A DNA stretch of 64,000 nucleotides, taken from Takakia lepidozioides. Lineage: Eukaryota > Plantae > Bryophyta. Below are positions 36,776-49,249 of the stretch, in pieces. Numbering within the stretch: the stretch's first letter is position 1; each line of letters starts with the position of its first letter. The notes under the pieces are model-generated. The model was given only the letters and a program-made list of their open reading frames with translations, did not search any database and was not told the DNA's origin. The translations under genes were made by a program, and so were the position numbers. The stretch covers positions 21,266,001 to 21,330,000 of the forward strand of contig CM060733.1 of the NCBI GenBank assembly GCA_030704615.1, written 5' to 3'.

Positions 36776-37473
36776 GACCAAGCTGACTCTCCCAAGAACC
36801 TTGTAAACATCAACGAGGACTTAAGTGCGCAGCAGCGATAGGGCTTAGTGGGGCTTAGTGCTTGAGGGGAAAAAAAACATCGCATTGGTCCATGAGAACC
36901 ACCATGGTGCAGCTAAGCGAGCAGAGATTGAAACACGACCTACTAAGACCAAGCTGACTCTCCCAAGAACCTTATAAACATCTGGAAGAATACCAAATCA
37001 TGGTACTAACAGGAGCCAAAAGCCCACATTTGCAGGATGGACAAACTTCTTCACATCCTACATTAAGAAAAAGCCACACCTTGCGATTGCGATTGTCCCA
37101 CCATCATGAAGGATCTGTAAAAAACTCATGCGAGCTCTGCTCCGTGCTGCAAATTCAGGGCTGAGTCTGATGAGAGGGAAAAACAGGCTGAAATAGGTTG
37201 AAGAAGAAGGTGCCCTAACCACATTGTCGTCGACCTTGTGTCATGACCCATGGAGGATTTGACAGACCATGAACCCAAACGGACCTCTTGTGTGTGCTGC
37301 TTGTGTCTGTAGTCAGGTAATGTCGGATTGTCCTTGAGAACCACCACGGTGCAGCTGAGCGAGCAGAGATTGAACGCGACCTGCTAAGACCAACCTGCAC
37401 GAGGACTTAGTGTGCACAACAACGATAGGGCTTAGTGGGGCTTAGTGGGGCTTAGTGCATGAGGGGAAAAAAA
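36776..37473 (-). repeat. inverted copies of the 27258-27600 segment
   Basis: Reverse complement of 37140-37473 aligns with 27258-27590. A second partial copy lies at 36830-36950. Confidence 0.85.
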
Positions 37474-37949
37474 ACTACTTTATCTGTAAAAGGTTGAGAT
37501 GTACCACCGATAGCTGGAATAACTTTAGATTCGTCATCGGTAGAAGTCCAATAATTTTTTTGAGTAAACTCAATGTCATCATGAAAACCTACCAAGTTTT
37601 CAGGTATTTCTCGGGAATGTTTAGGCAACACAATGTCGGGTATAGGTTCTTTGCCCTTGCAAGCACACGCAAGCAACCCCCCATGTGATTTTGGGGGGAG
37701 CCTCATAGGACAAAGCAGTAGGAGGATTGTGAGGGTGAACTCCAATTGACCTCTGTGCCAATGAAGACCCAGGAAACGTAGAAGAACTTACACTGGGTCC
37801 ATGAATCATGTCACGATCATGAAAAACTCCATATCCAAAAGGAGCACGTTCAGGAGGCCTCACTGGACCAGGAAATCGACTGCCACCATAAGTCTGAAAA
37901 AGAACTTCATGTGCTCTTGAGAAGTATGGGTTTGTCAGTTGTAACCCTA

Positions 37950-38040
37950 CCAGTACCCCTTTTTGATCCTAATGATGAGGGCAATGTCCCTGTTAAAATC
38001 GCCTGCTAGAATGTAGTGTTGGGAGTGGGTGGTAGGTTGC
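37950..38040 (-). mobile_element. small fragment of a related Dualen-like LINE (APE)
   Basis: Encodes HYILAGDFNRDIAL, closely matching 20915-20975. Confidence 0.7.
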
Positions 38041-38099
38041 ACGTCTGCAATGATTGGATCTGGACCTGATCTCTTTCTTATGTGGCTCAATTTCTAAAA

Positions 38100-38830
38100 A
38101 AAACCCTCGGCGGATTCATCAATGCACTGTTGTTAAGCGGATTATGAAGTATTTCCAAGGATCTGCACATTATGCTATGTATTACACAAGGGGGAGACAT
38201 TAGCAATGTTCTTATGGCATATGGCGATGCGGATTCACTATAGGAAAATGGGGGGTTTAGCGACGCTGCGACGTCGCCAACGCCCACTTTTGTGGCAGGG
38301 TAGCAGCCCAACTTTGCGACGCCCGGACGTCGCACGCCCGTTGTTGGGCCGTCGCACCAGAAATTTTATGCAAGAGATGCCAGTGACCGTAAGTCACGAA
38401 CCGGTTCTGTTAAATATTCTTGATCAAGGACCAATAACTTGGATGTCTCTCGAAAATAGACCTGTAATGTAGGATCGATTGCAGAATCTTAGTACATTGC
38501 AGCTTGTTTGGTATCGAAAGAAGTGGTATGGCTGCGCCGTTTACTGCATGAATTGGGGTTTACATAGACCAAGCCTACCATCCTTCACAGTGACAATCAG
38601 AGTGCAATTTGGCTGATGGGCAATCCAGAATTTCAACGGCGTACTAAGCACATTGACTTACAATTTTATATGTTACGTGAATCTCAAGAAAGCGGGGAGA
38701 TCACATGACATACGTCAGTATACGAGATCAAATTGCTGACATTTTCACGAAAGGACTCACTGCTAAGAAGTTCTTACATTTCCGTAGCCTTCTCAATCTT
38801 GTACCTGTTGCTTAATTGAGAGAGAGAAGA
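38100..38830 (+). mobile_element. Ty1/Copia RT-RNase H remnant
   Basis: VVKRIMKYFQG...YGDAD, then KEVVWLRRLL, SDNQSAI, RTKHID and DQIADIFTKGL, ending in a purine tract GAGAGAGAGAAG. Confidence 0.85.
38236..38370 (+). mobile_element. orphan CACTA terminus inserted in the Copia remnant
   Basis: CACTATAGGAAAATGGGGGG followed by GCGACG/CGTCGC subterminal repeats. Confidence 0.7.
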
Positions 38831-39637
38831 CTCCGGCCGAGGCTGGCGTAACTAAGAGCCAAATGGGCGTAGTGTTTACTTTTGTATCCTCCATTGACCA
38901 TCATACTGCCCACAAAATGATTGCAATTTTGTCTAGTCAACTTGAAAGTGGATTCAAAATTGTGACACCTAGTAAAACATTCACTTGGTTGGTTACACTC
39001 ACTCATTTCCCTATTGTTTCCAGGGAATAATTGGGCGGCAGCCCCAGCATCTTCTACAGATCATGAAGAAAGCTCAAAAGGAAGGACTCCATGATTTTAG
39101 ATGCGTGAATCCCCTTACCGAGGCACTTAGTACCCCACACTTGTAACTAAGGGAACCTGAAACCAGTAAATTCCCAGTTCCACCCACAAATTTTGTATTC
39201 ACCCAACAAACACCCCCAAGCTTTCCTCCCCTCAACCCACAGATCATAAAAGATCTATGCATATGTTCTCAGGAAATAAAGTTCTAGCTACTTCAACAAT
39301 TCTTCTTGGGGATGGCGCAACCTCATCTGCTCAAGGAATGGTGAACAATGCACTTTCTCTTCGGCATTCCCCAACCAATGGTGGTCCTTCTAGTTCTTGG
39401 CCTTCTCCCTTGCAGATGGATGAGGATATTAATTGGAAGCATTGCAAGAATAGAAACTCTAAAATTAAGGCTCATCTAAATTTTGAGCCCTTGCGTTCTA
39501 AGTGTTAGCTTTGTAGTTCTTTTTGCTACCTCCTCTCCTTGAGGGGTTATCCTGAGCTTTGGGTTCATAGATGGCAGATTAGTTTCCTATATTTATGTAG
39601 TCTGGTTCCTATCAGCTAGTTTTGTATCAGTGAACTA

Positions 39638-40179
39638 CCGTCGGGCTGGACAACCGTTTAGGCGATAATTAATTCAAAATGAAAGTGCCTAACCAATTCT
39701 GTGAATTTTTCAGATTTTGGTCTAATTGTTCGGAAACTATGGGGCCAAAGTGCCTAATGCCCAAAAATTCCAGCAAAAAACTTGCAAGTCTCTTTTCATG
39801 TTGTTTGTAATAAGATCAAAATTTCATTGAACAAAAATCAATACAAATATATGCGTACGGAAATAACTTCCTACAAATCGTAATCTATTTGCGAGAGCTC
39901 CATGTAACTTCGAAAGGCCCTTGCATGGACACCACAATGTCATCATATTAGGGTTTCAAAGGAAATGAAAGGTAGCTGGAGCCTGGAAGGGCCCATGGGT
40001 CTATTTTGTAATTTTATTCCTAAGAAAATAAATGTTTTCTCTTCTCATGTGCCTAATTCTAAAAAATTATAGCATGAAGATGCCAAATGTGAGAAATGGT
40101 TTTCAAAACGTGCCTAATTTGCTGATTGATTGAATTTATTATTAGGTGCAAAAATGCCTAAACGGTTGTCCAGGGACGG
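39638..40179. mobile_element. MITE with ~25 bp TIRs and TA target duplication (Tc1/mariner/pogo-type)
   Basis: TA-CCGTCGGGCTGGACAACCGTTTAGGC ... GCCTAAACGGTTGTCCAGGGACGG-TA. AT-rich interior with repeated TGCCTAA. Confidence 0.85.
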
Positions 40180-40473
40180 TATGACTGGTTACGCTATGCT
40201 CTCCATAGGGGTGATCTGGGAGGTTCCCCATGATTGTTTTGTATAGGGTAATGCCCTAAGTGGAGGGCATTCCCGGATTTAAGGGCCTGATGCCGAGGGC
40301 GGTAGCCCCAGGGGAAGGCCCGCGAATACGGGACTGCCCCACAGGAGGGGCATTACCCTGCGTAAAGAACTGGCCACAAAATTTAACAAAAAAATAATGT
40401 CCGGTGCATTCTGCATTTCGGAATTATGGTTTTTAACGGTACGATACATACAAAGAAAATTTTGTGGCTTTAC

Positions 40474-40498
40474 ATATATATATATATATATATATATA
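40474..40498. repeat. (AT)n microsatellite
   Basis: About 12 AT units. Confidence 0.9.
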
Positions 40499-41899
40499 CC
40501 CACAACTTTATCCACTGCCGCCACTGCAAGTTGACTCCAACATTCCGATCTAAACCGGCTGACAAGTTTGGTGACTGGGCCCATTGCGATGCATTGTACG
40601 TATGGAAGTCTGCGATAGAGTACAGGACAGATTCTGGGCATGATACATATCATTCAATGAGAGGTCTGATGCGGATTTGTGAAGTGAACAAAATCCAACA
40701 AAGTTTGAGGGGGGGATTGATTCTGTGTAGAGCAACAGGCAGACATGGACATGAACATTGCCCCCTAACAAGAATCAGTGCTTGTGAGGAGGGGTAAATT
40801 GCATGAGTACTTATTGCACGTTTAGTTACCCAGGATCTCTTCCGCTCTCGTCGAAGCTGCTCGGTTGGTTTGATTGACGATGATGGGATAGCTTTTGCAG
40901 TTAAGAGGGCGATACATTTGGGTAATTTCGCCGCACGAACTTTTGCGGATCTTGAGTCTGTGCAAACAACGTACCTTATTTTCTGGCTGTGATCATGTGA
41001 GTTCTTGATCTGTTGGTCCATCTCTCTTCCTTGTTCCGTTCGGGAGGTCTCTGCGTTGGGGCTGGAATTGTTTCGTATCCGATAATTTCGAACTTGAGCA
41101 ATGCCACCGCTCGTGATGGAGAGATCGGGGGCAACGAAGAGTGATATCGCCTTTACGGTATCGGCCCCTGCAGCTATCAATGGAAAGAGCAAGGGCACGA
41201 AATCTCAAAATTGCAGGGCAAGAGAAGTACCTGGAGGACATTCACGAGCCATCAGTTGACTCCTTTTGTTGCCCCCTTCTTCTTGCTCTAAAGTTCGTCC
41301 TTCCATTGTATAGAGTCCCTTGATTAGAATGGGTATTCATCTCTTACAGTCTTTTCTGATGCATATAACTAACGCCTTCTGCTCGTGTATAAATACAACA
41401 TAAACACCTACTGCATTGCCCTAACCGGAGTTCTAGACTTTCGATATCGAACAACGTTACAATGTATTGAGGTTGGCGCCAGGTCTTTTTGTGGGTCCTG
41501 TTCTGGTGAAGTTCTGGTGACCATGAAAGAAGGATGTACATTACCTTCAGAAGTAAATGTGAAACTGCAACTGAAAGCATGTTGATGCCTGTCACAACGA
41601 GAGAGCACATTGCCGGGAAGATTGAGCTCTAGGATAACTTTGAGGTTGACGTCTCTGCTTGATGAAGTATCCAAATAAAATCGAAGCACCCGGTTTTGGC
41701 TGTGAATTCATGTAGCCAAAGGTTTCGTCTGATTCTCACTAGTGTTGCCTGGTATTTGGTTTGGTGCACGGCTCTTGCTCTTCATGGTGGTGTTGTCCCA
41801 GAGAGGAGATTCACAAGGACGATTAGCATGCGTATTGGCAAGAGAAAGAGCCTAAGTGGTGGGCACAATATTATGAGTGCAGACAATGGAATTTCCTGA

Positions 41900-42667
41900 A
41901 CCAGAGGCCTTGTGTGAGCATTAGCGATTCATAACGAACACTGCGAGGTAGGTTCTCTTGAGGAAGCTCGTGATCGCCAACTCCTGGCACTCATCTACAG
42001 TGCAAGGAGACCACGAAAAGGCTTTGGAGAATTTGTACAAGCAAGTGCAACCTTCCTAGCCAATGCAGATCAATTTACTGTCCACTTACGTGCCGCTTCG
42101 CTTCAGCTGTTGCAACTGGTGACCGTCGAGCATGCTCCTGGCTAGATCAAAGATTGGAACCTGTTTCTTTGCAGCTTGGGGCAAAATGCTATATCTTCTG
42201 AGGTCTGCACTTTGTAGGGTGGGGGTGGGGCGCGGTGTGGGGAGGGGGAGGGGGAGGAGGGGAAACCTAAAACTTCTGATCATACAGTATGCGAGTGATG
42301 TGGTAGATTGAAGTGGCTGCTGTCAATTCGAGCATTGGCGATGCCCTCCTAGCACTGGGTCGCGACTTAGAAGCAGAACTTTCTTACCAAAAAGCTCTCG
42401 AGGCATTCAAGGCCTTGAAAGGCGACAATCATGCGTTGACAGCGTCTGCTTATGTGAGGTTAGCGGAACTCTACCTTAGAACCAACAAACCTGGCGACGC
42501 AAAAATCTACTGTGAATGTGCACTGCGGATCTATAGAGAGCAGGAGGCTGAACATACCCCTGAAGATATCGTTCAAGGATTGACTGGCATTGCCGCCGCC
42601 CTAGAGCAATTGAATGAAGAGGAGTTAGCGCTCCGCCTCCTTCAACGAGCACTCAAAGCTTGCCAGG
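41900..42667 (+). pseudogene. kinesin-light-chain-related (KLCR/CMU-like) TPR gene fragment
   Basis: GSLEEARDRQLLALIYSA, then after an intron VAAVNSSIGDALLALGR...YQKALEAFKALKGDNH...SAYVRLAELY...CECALRIY. The first exon is frameshifted and no flanking exons were seen. Confidence 0.75.
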
Positions 42668-43175
42668 TAACCAATCTATAAGCAACCCAGTTGAGACGAA
42701 AGGAAAGACCTGACCAAAACCACTCAAAGACAACTAGAACACTCCCTGGCAAGTAGGAAACTACTACTGTAGCAGCACGGAGATAAAAAAGGCAATCGAA
42801 GCAATCTAACTTTGGAGAAGGGCGACCTGTTGCTCTCTTGTTTTCCTTCTTTGGCCCATGTCACCTTCGCAGGACCAACAGTTGATACGTGTCATGACAG
42901 CAACATCTCACTGAGAAATAGAAATGCACTAGCCATATTTTCTATAGATAGGCCAACTTTTGGGTCCGAAAAAGATTGAATCGTACTTAAAAGTGCATTA
43001 AGTTGTTACTTCGTTCCTATTATCTATCCTTGGCGTAGAGCGGCGTTGCCTGCATATAAATACAACGCAACGCTAACGAGGAGGTCGAGTCAGTCTTTGC
43101 TTGCCACCCTGCTCTCTTGTTGCCATGTCAGTGCGCTTGAGAGTCTTGTGGGATTGCTAGTGAAGTTCATTTGCG

Positions 43176-43706
43176 ATGAAAAGGAAACAAGAGGTTCCGA
43201 ACATGTCTGTGAAGGAGGAGCATGAAGCCATCAGCAAGAAGCAAAAGAAGACCCCGATTGCCGTTCGAGATTGGCCAAATCTGGGTTGCCATCCTGTTTG
43301 GGTTTTTGGTTGTGATCTGAATGGTGATAAGGAGGCTTGCTTGAGCCTGGATGCTGCTGCACGTGAGGACGCAGCATCATGTGCATCTTATGTAAAGAGC
43401 GAGGAGTCGACAGCATCATGTCCATCTTATATAAAGAGCGAGGAGTCAGCAGCATCATGTGCATCCGACATAAAGAGCGAGTCGGACAGTTCGAAGACTG
43501 GATGTAGCTGGCCGGAGGTGGAGAGTCCGTGGAAAAACCAATCTGGACAGGACCAGGATTATGATTGCCATGCCTACGAACAGGCAGTAGATGGTGCATC
43601 TGTATTGCAGGGGCGGATCGCTGATGGGTCGATCTACAAACATGGACAAGGCTGTGGCAGCTATTCCAGATTGGCCGAGGATTGTTGCGGATGGTTGTGC
43701 TGGTGA
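43176..43706 (+). CDS. orphan 176-aa ORF with basic N-terminus and three ~33 bp internal repeats
   Basis: ATG start, TATAAATA ~120 bp upstream, repeats (A/T)ASC(A/P)S(Y/D)(V/I)KSE. No family recognised. Confidence 0.4.
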   Translation: MKRKQEVPNMSVKEEHEAISKKQKKTPIAVRDWPNLGCHPVWVFGCDLNGDKEACLSLDAAAREDAASCASYVKSEESTASCPSYIKSEESAASCASDIKSESDSSKTGCSWPEVESPWKNQSGQDQDYDCHAYEQAVDGASVLQGRIADGSIYKHGQGCGSYSRLAEDCCGWLCW

Positions 43707-46553
43707 GAAGCAAGTCAAGGTGCTGAAGTTCCATGAATGATAGGAAAAAATTTAGTGCCAAAGGAGAAGCCGATGGCTGTTGCATGGGGTTGCATATTCA
43801 CCATGGCTAGTTCAAATTGAAGACTACTTTGAGATACCTCAATCTTCAAATGGATGATGATCTGCTGGGCTGCTACTGATTTAGAAAAGTATGGACTCAG
43901 CACAAGCAGCCTTGCTCTTGGAACAATCTTGAGCATATTTTAATTCAAGTAAATGTTCTAGTACTGAGCATCATTAATGTAGCTGTAATTTGAGATCTCT
44001 TTAGCCTTTGGACTATGTTATCTTTACCTTAGTACTTCTCTTGCAGTATCCTGGAGCATAGGTAGTTCCTGAGTTTTCAGGGCTTCTGGATAATAGTTTG
44101 TTTAAAGCTTGCCCTGGGGGGCTTGGTAGGGTGTTACACCAATCAACAAAGATGGGCCTGGTTTATTTTTCCAGGACTCCCCTTTATTAATATGATTTAC
44201 AGGGCTTCCACCCCTTTTATTTATTTTTTAAACAAAATTGAGATTTAAGTGTGCAGGCATGTCACAAGCTTCAGACAGATTATGTAGATTGAGATGAATG
44301 GAACAACGTTTTGAAATGTGCCATTGGCCTTTAGCTGCATACATTGGATTTCTTCTTCAGGCATTGGTTCCTATACTTAGGGGGTCATATTTACTTGTGT
44401 TGAACGTTAAGTTGTATTCTCCCTCTTTTCTTCTCTGCACTTTCTCAGAACTACGGAATGCCTGTATGAAGTTTTCATGTTGGCCAGATCACTAGGAATG
44501 CCTTACACACTAAACTGTCTTACATGGATTTTCTGCGATAAAGGATCTTATGTGAGCCTCAGTGCCTTTTCATGTTGTTTCCATAAATATTCCCCCTGTT
44601 GGAATTCAACCTTGGTAGGTATACATGTAGCATCGGACTGTGGGCATCGCTAGTCCAGAAAAAATAAAAATAAAACAAAAAGTAAGATTGTATATATCAC
44701 CCTGGCCAACTTTATCCCTCCTTGTTGCTAGCCATGCTGTATCTTCAGACTTCATCAAGCCTGAAAAGACAATAAAAACCTCCTACTTAGTTGTCATTTG
44801 AAACATTGGACCTGGAAACTAAAAACAAACAAAAAAGGGTATAGCAAAGCAATGCGTTCTTGCATTAATTAGTCATCTTGCCCCACCAATTCAAACATGA
44901 AATTGGCAGAATGTCCTTAGGCAATTGGATTGAAAGCACATATCACTCCTCAGTGGCGTCGACAAGATTCAAAACCATACCGTCAGTAGCTTTGCAGAAA
45001 GCAGAAAACCTCAATAGAGTAGGTAAGTGTAACTGACGCAAAGAGAGGTTCTCACCGGGTCCCTGAATTGTTGAGAAGGATTCCATGTTCTAGTTGATCA
45101 TCTAACTTGATCCATAGTAACGCCACCATCAATCATATATCTGAAACATTGTTAATGTACATTTGTGGATAGGCAAGGAATTGTGAGAGAAAGACTGAAC
45201 CATTGCAGTGATTGAAATGGTCCACAATTGTGTCAAAACTCTTCTACCTTTGCGAACAAAACAATAGCCAATGCCCTAGGGGTATTCTTTTCCTGTTCTA
45301 TGTGAGGAAGGGCGGAAAATACCTTTCCTCACATTGTAATACCAATTTCGTTGCATCCACAACCCTGACATGAAAAGCTCCTGAGCACAGCTCCAGTGGC
45401 CCTTGATACTCTGCAGAGCTAAGGCAGCAGGGAGTGTACCATCTGTATCATTTCCTGGCTCCAAAACTCAGATTCTTAGTGAAATCTGGCTGTGGTATTT
45501 GGGTGACCCACACACAGGGAAGCGAGATTGCATCTAGAAAGTCACCATCCACTCAAATCAGCAATTGAAACAGCAAAGGAATGACTCCCAGGATAGTCTG
45601 TAAAAGAATATGTTTGCAAATGTCAGCTAATAGAAAACAGGCGTACACATCCCTAGTTTGTATGGTCACAATCACAAGGATTGTCAAAGAATCTTGCATT
45701 AAAAACTTAGGAGATGAGGAACCAGCTACATATTTGCATACAGAATGTACATGTAGCCCATATATTTACAGAAATTAAGACCTCCAAACACCGAATCTTC
45801 GGAATCACCCCAGAACACTAAAGGTATACAAAGGCAGAACGAAATCTAACCCATCTCAACTTTACATTAAACTGTGAGACAAACAATGACCTTTCATATT
45901 GCAAGACTGAAGTTTACACTAGCTGCAGACAATATGGAGTGGCAATCCATCCTTCCACACTGGTAGAAGCCACTCAAGCCTAACAGCAACCAAGCCAAGG
46001 ATTTTTCTGTGACCAGCTTACCGTCTGTAGAGGGGTATCAGAGTTGACAAGTTTAGAACTAAACAGATATTATGTCTGTGAGAACCTAGAAATCTCTAAA
46101 CTCACATATGAATGATAACCGCAAAAAACATGATAATGCCACAAGGAAGAGTTTTCGAAGATAAAATTAAAGGCACCAAGACAAAACATCAAAGTAAAAC
46201 CACTCAGAAGATGCAACAAAAAGGGGAAGGAAAGCACATTAGTTGTCTCATAACTTCGTTGCTGTACAAGTTCAACTACATCTTGTATAACAGTGAGTGA
46301 CCAGCTGTTATTATGTGTCTACAATAATGATTGCTATTCAGGGAATACCCCTCTCATTTACAGTTAAATCTCGCAAAATGTCCCAATTTACAAGCACTCA
46401 CTTCTGCAAAATTTAAACAGTATCAAATTTTCTCACCTGGAGACTCTGGAAGTAAATGAGGGAGAGAGAGGGAGAACTCTTTGGAGGGAAAGATATGAGA
46501 GGAAGAGAGAAACAGAGCATAAGTACGAAGGCAAGATTAGGATCATACATAGA

Positions 46554-47591
46554 TTAAGATTTCAAGTCATACTCACTAATGCGAGCGGCTAGTCTGCAGT
46601 ACGCAGCCTGGTCCACATTCCGATCTGTTTCTTTCATAAACCGAAGAATACGATCAACCTCAGAAAACTTTCCCAGCTTGCAGTAGCCATCAATTAAGGC
46701 TCGGTAACTCATTTCCTCCGGCTTACACCCACACTTTTTCATGTGCTTTATCACATTCACAGCTTCTGTGAACATCCCAAGGTTTGCATAGCAACTTACG
46801 AACGTGTTATATGTGAATTTGTCGGGTTGAAGCCCTGCTGCCCTCATCTCATGGAAAATGCGGGCAGCATCATCCATCTGCTCGTGCTTGCTGTAGGAGA
46901 AAATGAGTGTATTATAGGAGACACGGTCAGGTGTCTCCCCTGCTACTTGCATCTCCCTAAGAACTTCCTCAGCCCGTTGGCACATACCTTCCCGCCCATA
47001 CATGCTCATCATACAATTGTAAGTGACCAGATCTGGGAGCAAACCAGTCTTTTCCATCAATTTTAGTGTGTCAGTGGCCTTGTCAACTCTCCCCCTCTTC
47101 CCAAAGAGAGCAACCATGGCATTGAATGTGTTGACATCTGGTAGATGCCCATGTCGTTGCATGTCCTGGAATGCAGCCTCCGTTTCCTCGAGAAGACCAC
47201 ACTTGCCGTACACCAGAACCAGTGTCTTATGCAATATTTTGGTTAGAGGTACAAGTGCAGACATATCTTCAACTGCTGTCTTCAATTTCTCCAACTGCCC
47301 ACCATTTCCATAAGCATGCCACAAAGAAGCATGCGCAACATCATTCACTTCAAACTTGCTATTTTTCAGCTCTTCTAGTATCATTTCAGCTTGCTCCATT
47401 GTCCCTCCCTTGCAAGGGCAGCCAGCAATGCGTTGTATGTAGCCCTGTTTGGACTACACCCAGCCCTCAGCATTCCATTGTAGATTCCCATAGCCTGCTG
47501 TGATGAGCCACATCTCCCATAGGCGTCGATTAGGGTGTTGAATGTCGCCCTCTCTGGCTCACATCCAGCCTTTTTCATATCTCGAAACACC
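46554..47591 (-). pseudogene. P-class PPR gene, last exon (resembles the C-terminal half of Arabidopsis At5g02860-type proteins), one frameshift
   Basis: About nine 35-aa repeats (PERATFNTLIDAYGRCG ... PDKFTYNTFVSCYANLG). Acceptor TTTCAG at ~47592. A 1-bp shift at ~47399. Upstream exons not seen. Confidence 0.85.
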
Positions 47592-49249
47592 TGAAAACCA
47601 AGCGTGTCCTTATTGATCTTAACTAGCAAAATCCAGCTTTGACGAGAATTCACTCTGTCTATCAGTCTGGGCACTGATGGACATGGGCTGGAAGTCTTAA
47701 AGGTCAAGGGACGAACATCTCCCTGTAATCTTTGTAAGGCCTCGACTGAAAGGAGTGAAAATGATTCAGGAAAGAACATACTCAGTTATTATGGGATGTT
47801 TTACACTACACAGGTGGAATTACTGACAGTTTCCATTTTCATAGGCATGGCCCTATAACCGCGGACCGAACAGGCAAACGGGGGCCTATAACCACGGATT
47901 GCGCATTTGGCAGGTAGGGAACCATGTGTGGGCGACGAGGCGAGGTGCAGAAGAGAGTTTAGGGTTTGTTGGTGAATGTTTCAGAATGATAGTGTTTGTA
48001 GAGACTGAAATGGTTGTGAATGTATTAATGTCCAGATCATCAGTCTACAATGGTCCTCAGATGATTTAATGCCATGCTAATGTGGTATTTTTACGTTGCT
48101 GTCATCAACATAGAATGGTTGTGGATGAGTTTATGAGGATGAAGCAGAGCCAATGTGGATGGGACACTGCTAATATGGATGAATGGGGATGAATAGTTGT
48201 GGACAAATGTGGATGAAATACCGTGAATGGATGATAGAGTGGATGAATGTTGAGCGAGGATGTCATTCTAACATTTATGAAAACCAAGCACAACGATCAA
48301 TGTCGTTTGCACAAACATTAGAAATTGTGCCTAAAATCCGTCCTGAAGCACTTGATAAGATTTAATGAATGTCTGGCATTTGGGGAAATGTAGACAGATG
48401 ACAGCAACGTAGAATAAGACAACACAGCAGATGTGAGAGGATCTTTCATCCTGCGACTTTGTCCGAGTGCTTACTGCAACATTCTGGTGTGCAGCATGCT
48501 CTTCTTTAGCTGTCCTCTTTAGTGTCGACACATTGCGAGCCATTTCAGCACTATACTTCCTGCAACGCACCACCTGACCACGCTAAACATGGTTTGGACT
48601 CTAATGCTTATTGCGGCCCCTGCCAATGAGGTAGAAATGTGCACCTGTATGTTACGAGAGTATTGCAACTTTCATGGTTTTTCATCCGGACCATTATACA
48701 ACAACATTCAAAATGATTTGGCTCTCGTTTGTGCATGAGGAGGAATTCCAGGTCTTACAACATTGTGTAACAGAAATTGACAAAACGTCTGCCTTGTCTT
48801 CTCGTTTGACACATAACCAATGTTAGGCATGAGGATCCACTAGGTGCACTGTCTTCTTGTTTGACCCATAACCAATGTTAGGCATGAGGAGGCTGCCTTT
48901 GAACTTGCGTTGGACCCGAGAGTCAATACATACATCATCCCCTAGGTACCTTGTCTTCTTGTTTGACCCATAACCAACCATTTGCTGTACATTACAATCA
49001 AAGCCTACAAGCCAGGATATAACTATCCACTGTATGAAGTGCATAGAAGCCACTATTGTAAATGCATACATGGCACGAAAATGAGAAACCATCTTTTAAC
49101 GACATTACAAAGAACATGCACAATTTTTATTACAAAGTTATGGAGGGACACATAATGTCTAAAACTGTGAACATCTTGAGACCCCCCAAAATGATGAAAT
49201 TTGCATTTCAGTCACTAGAACTATCCCCTGAAATTTGTGCAGTATCATC

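Noticed and set aside
37480-37700. start of an NB-ARC domain (NLVGFHDDIE...KVIPAIGG)
   Set aside because: Truncated before any P-loop, so it cannot be supported.
30947-38236. the two CACTA ends as one element
   Set aside because: They face away from each other and have different TIRs, subterminal motifs and flanking triplets.
44690-46100. small minus-strand exons of a host gene
   Set aside because: Splice-like signals are present but I could not assemble a recognisable protein.
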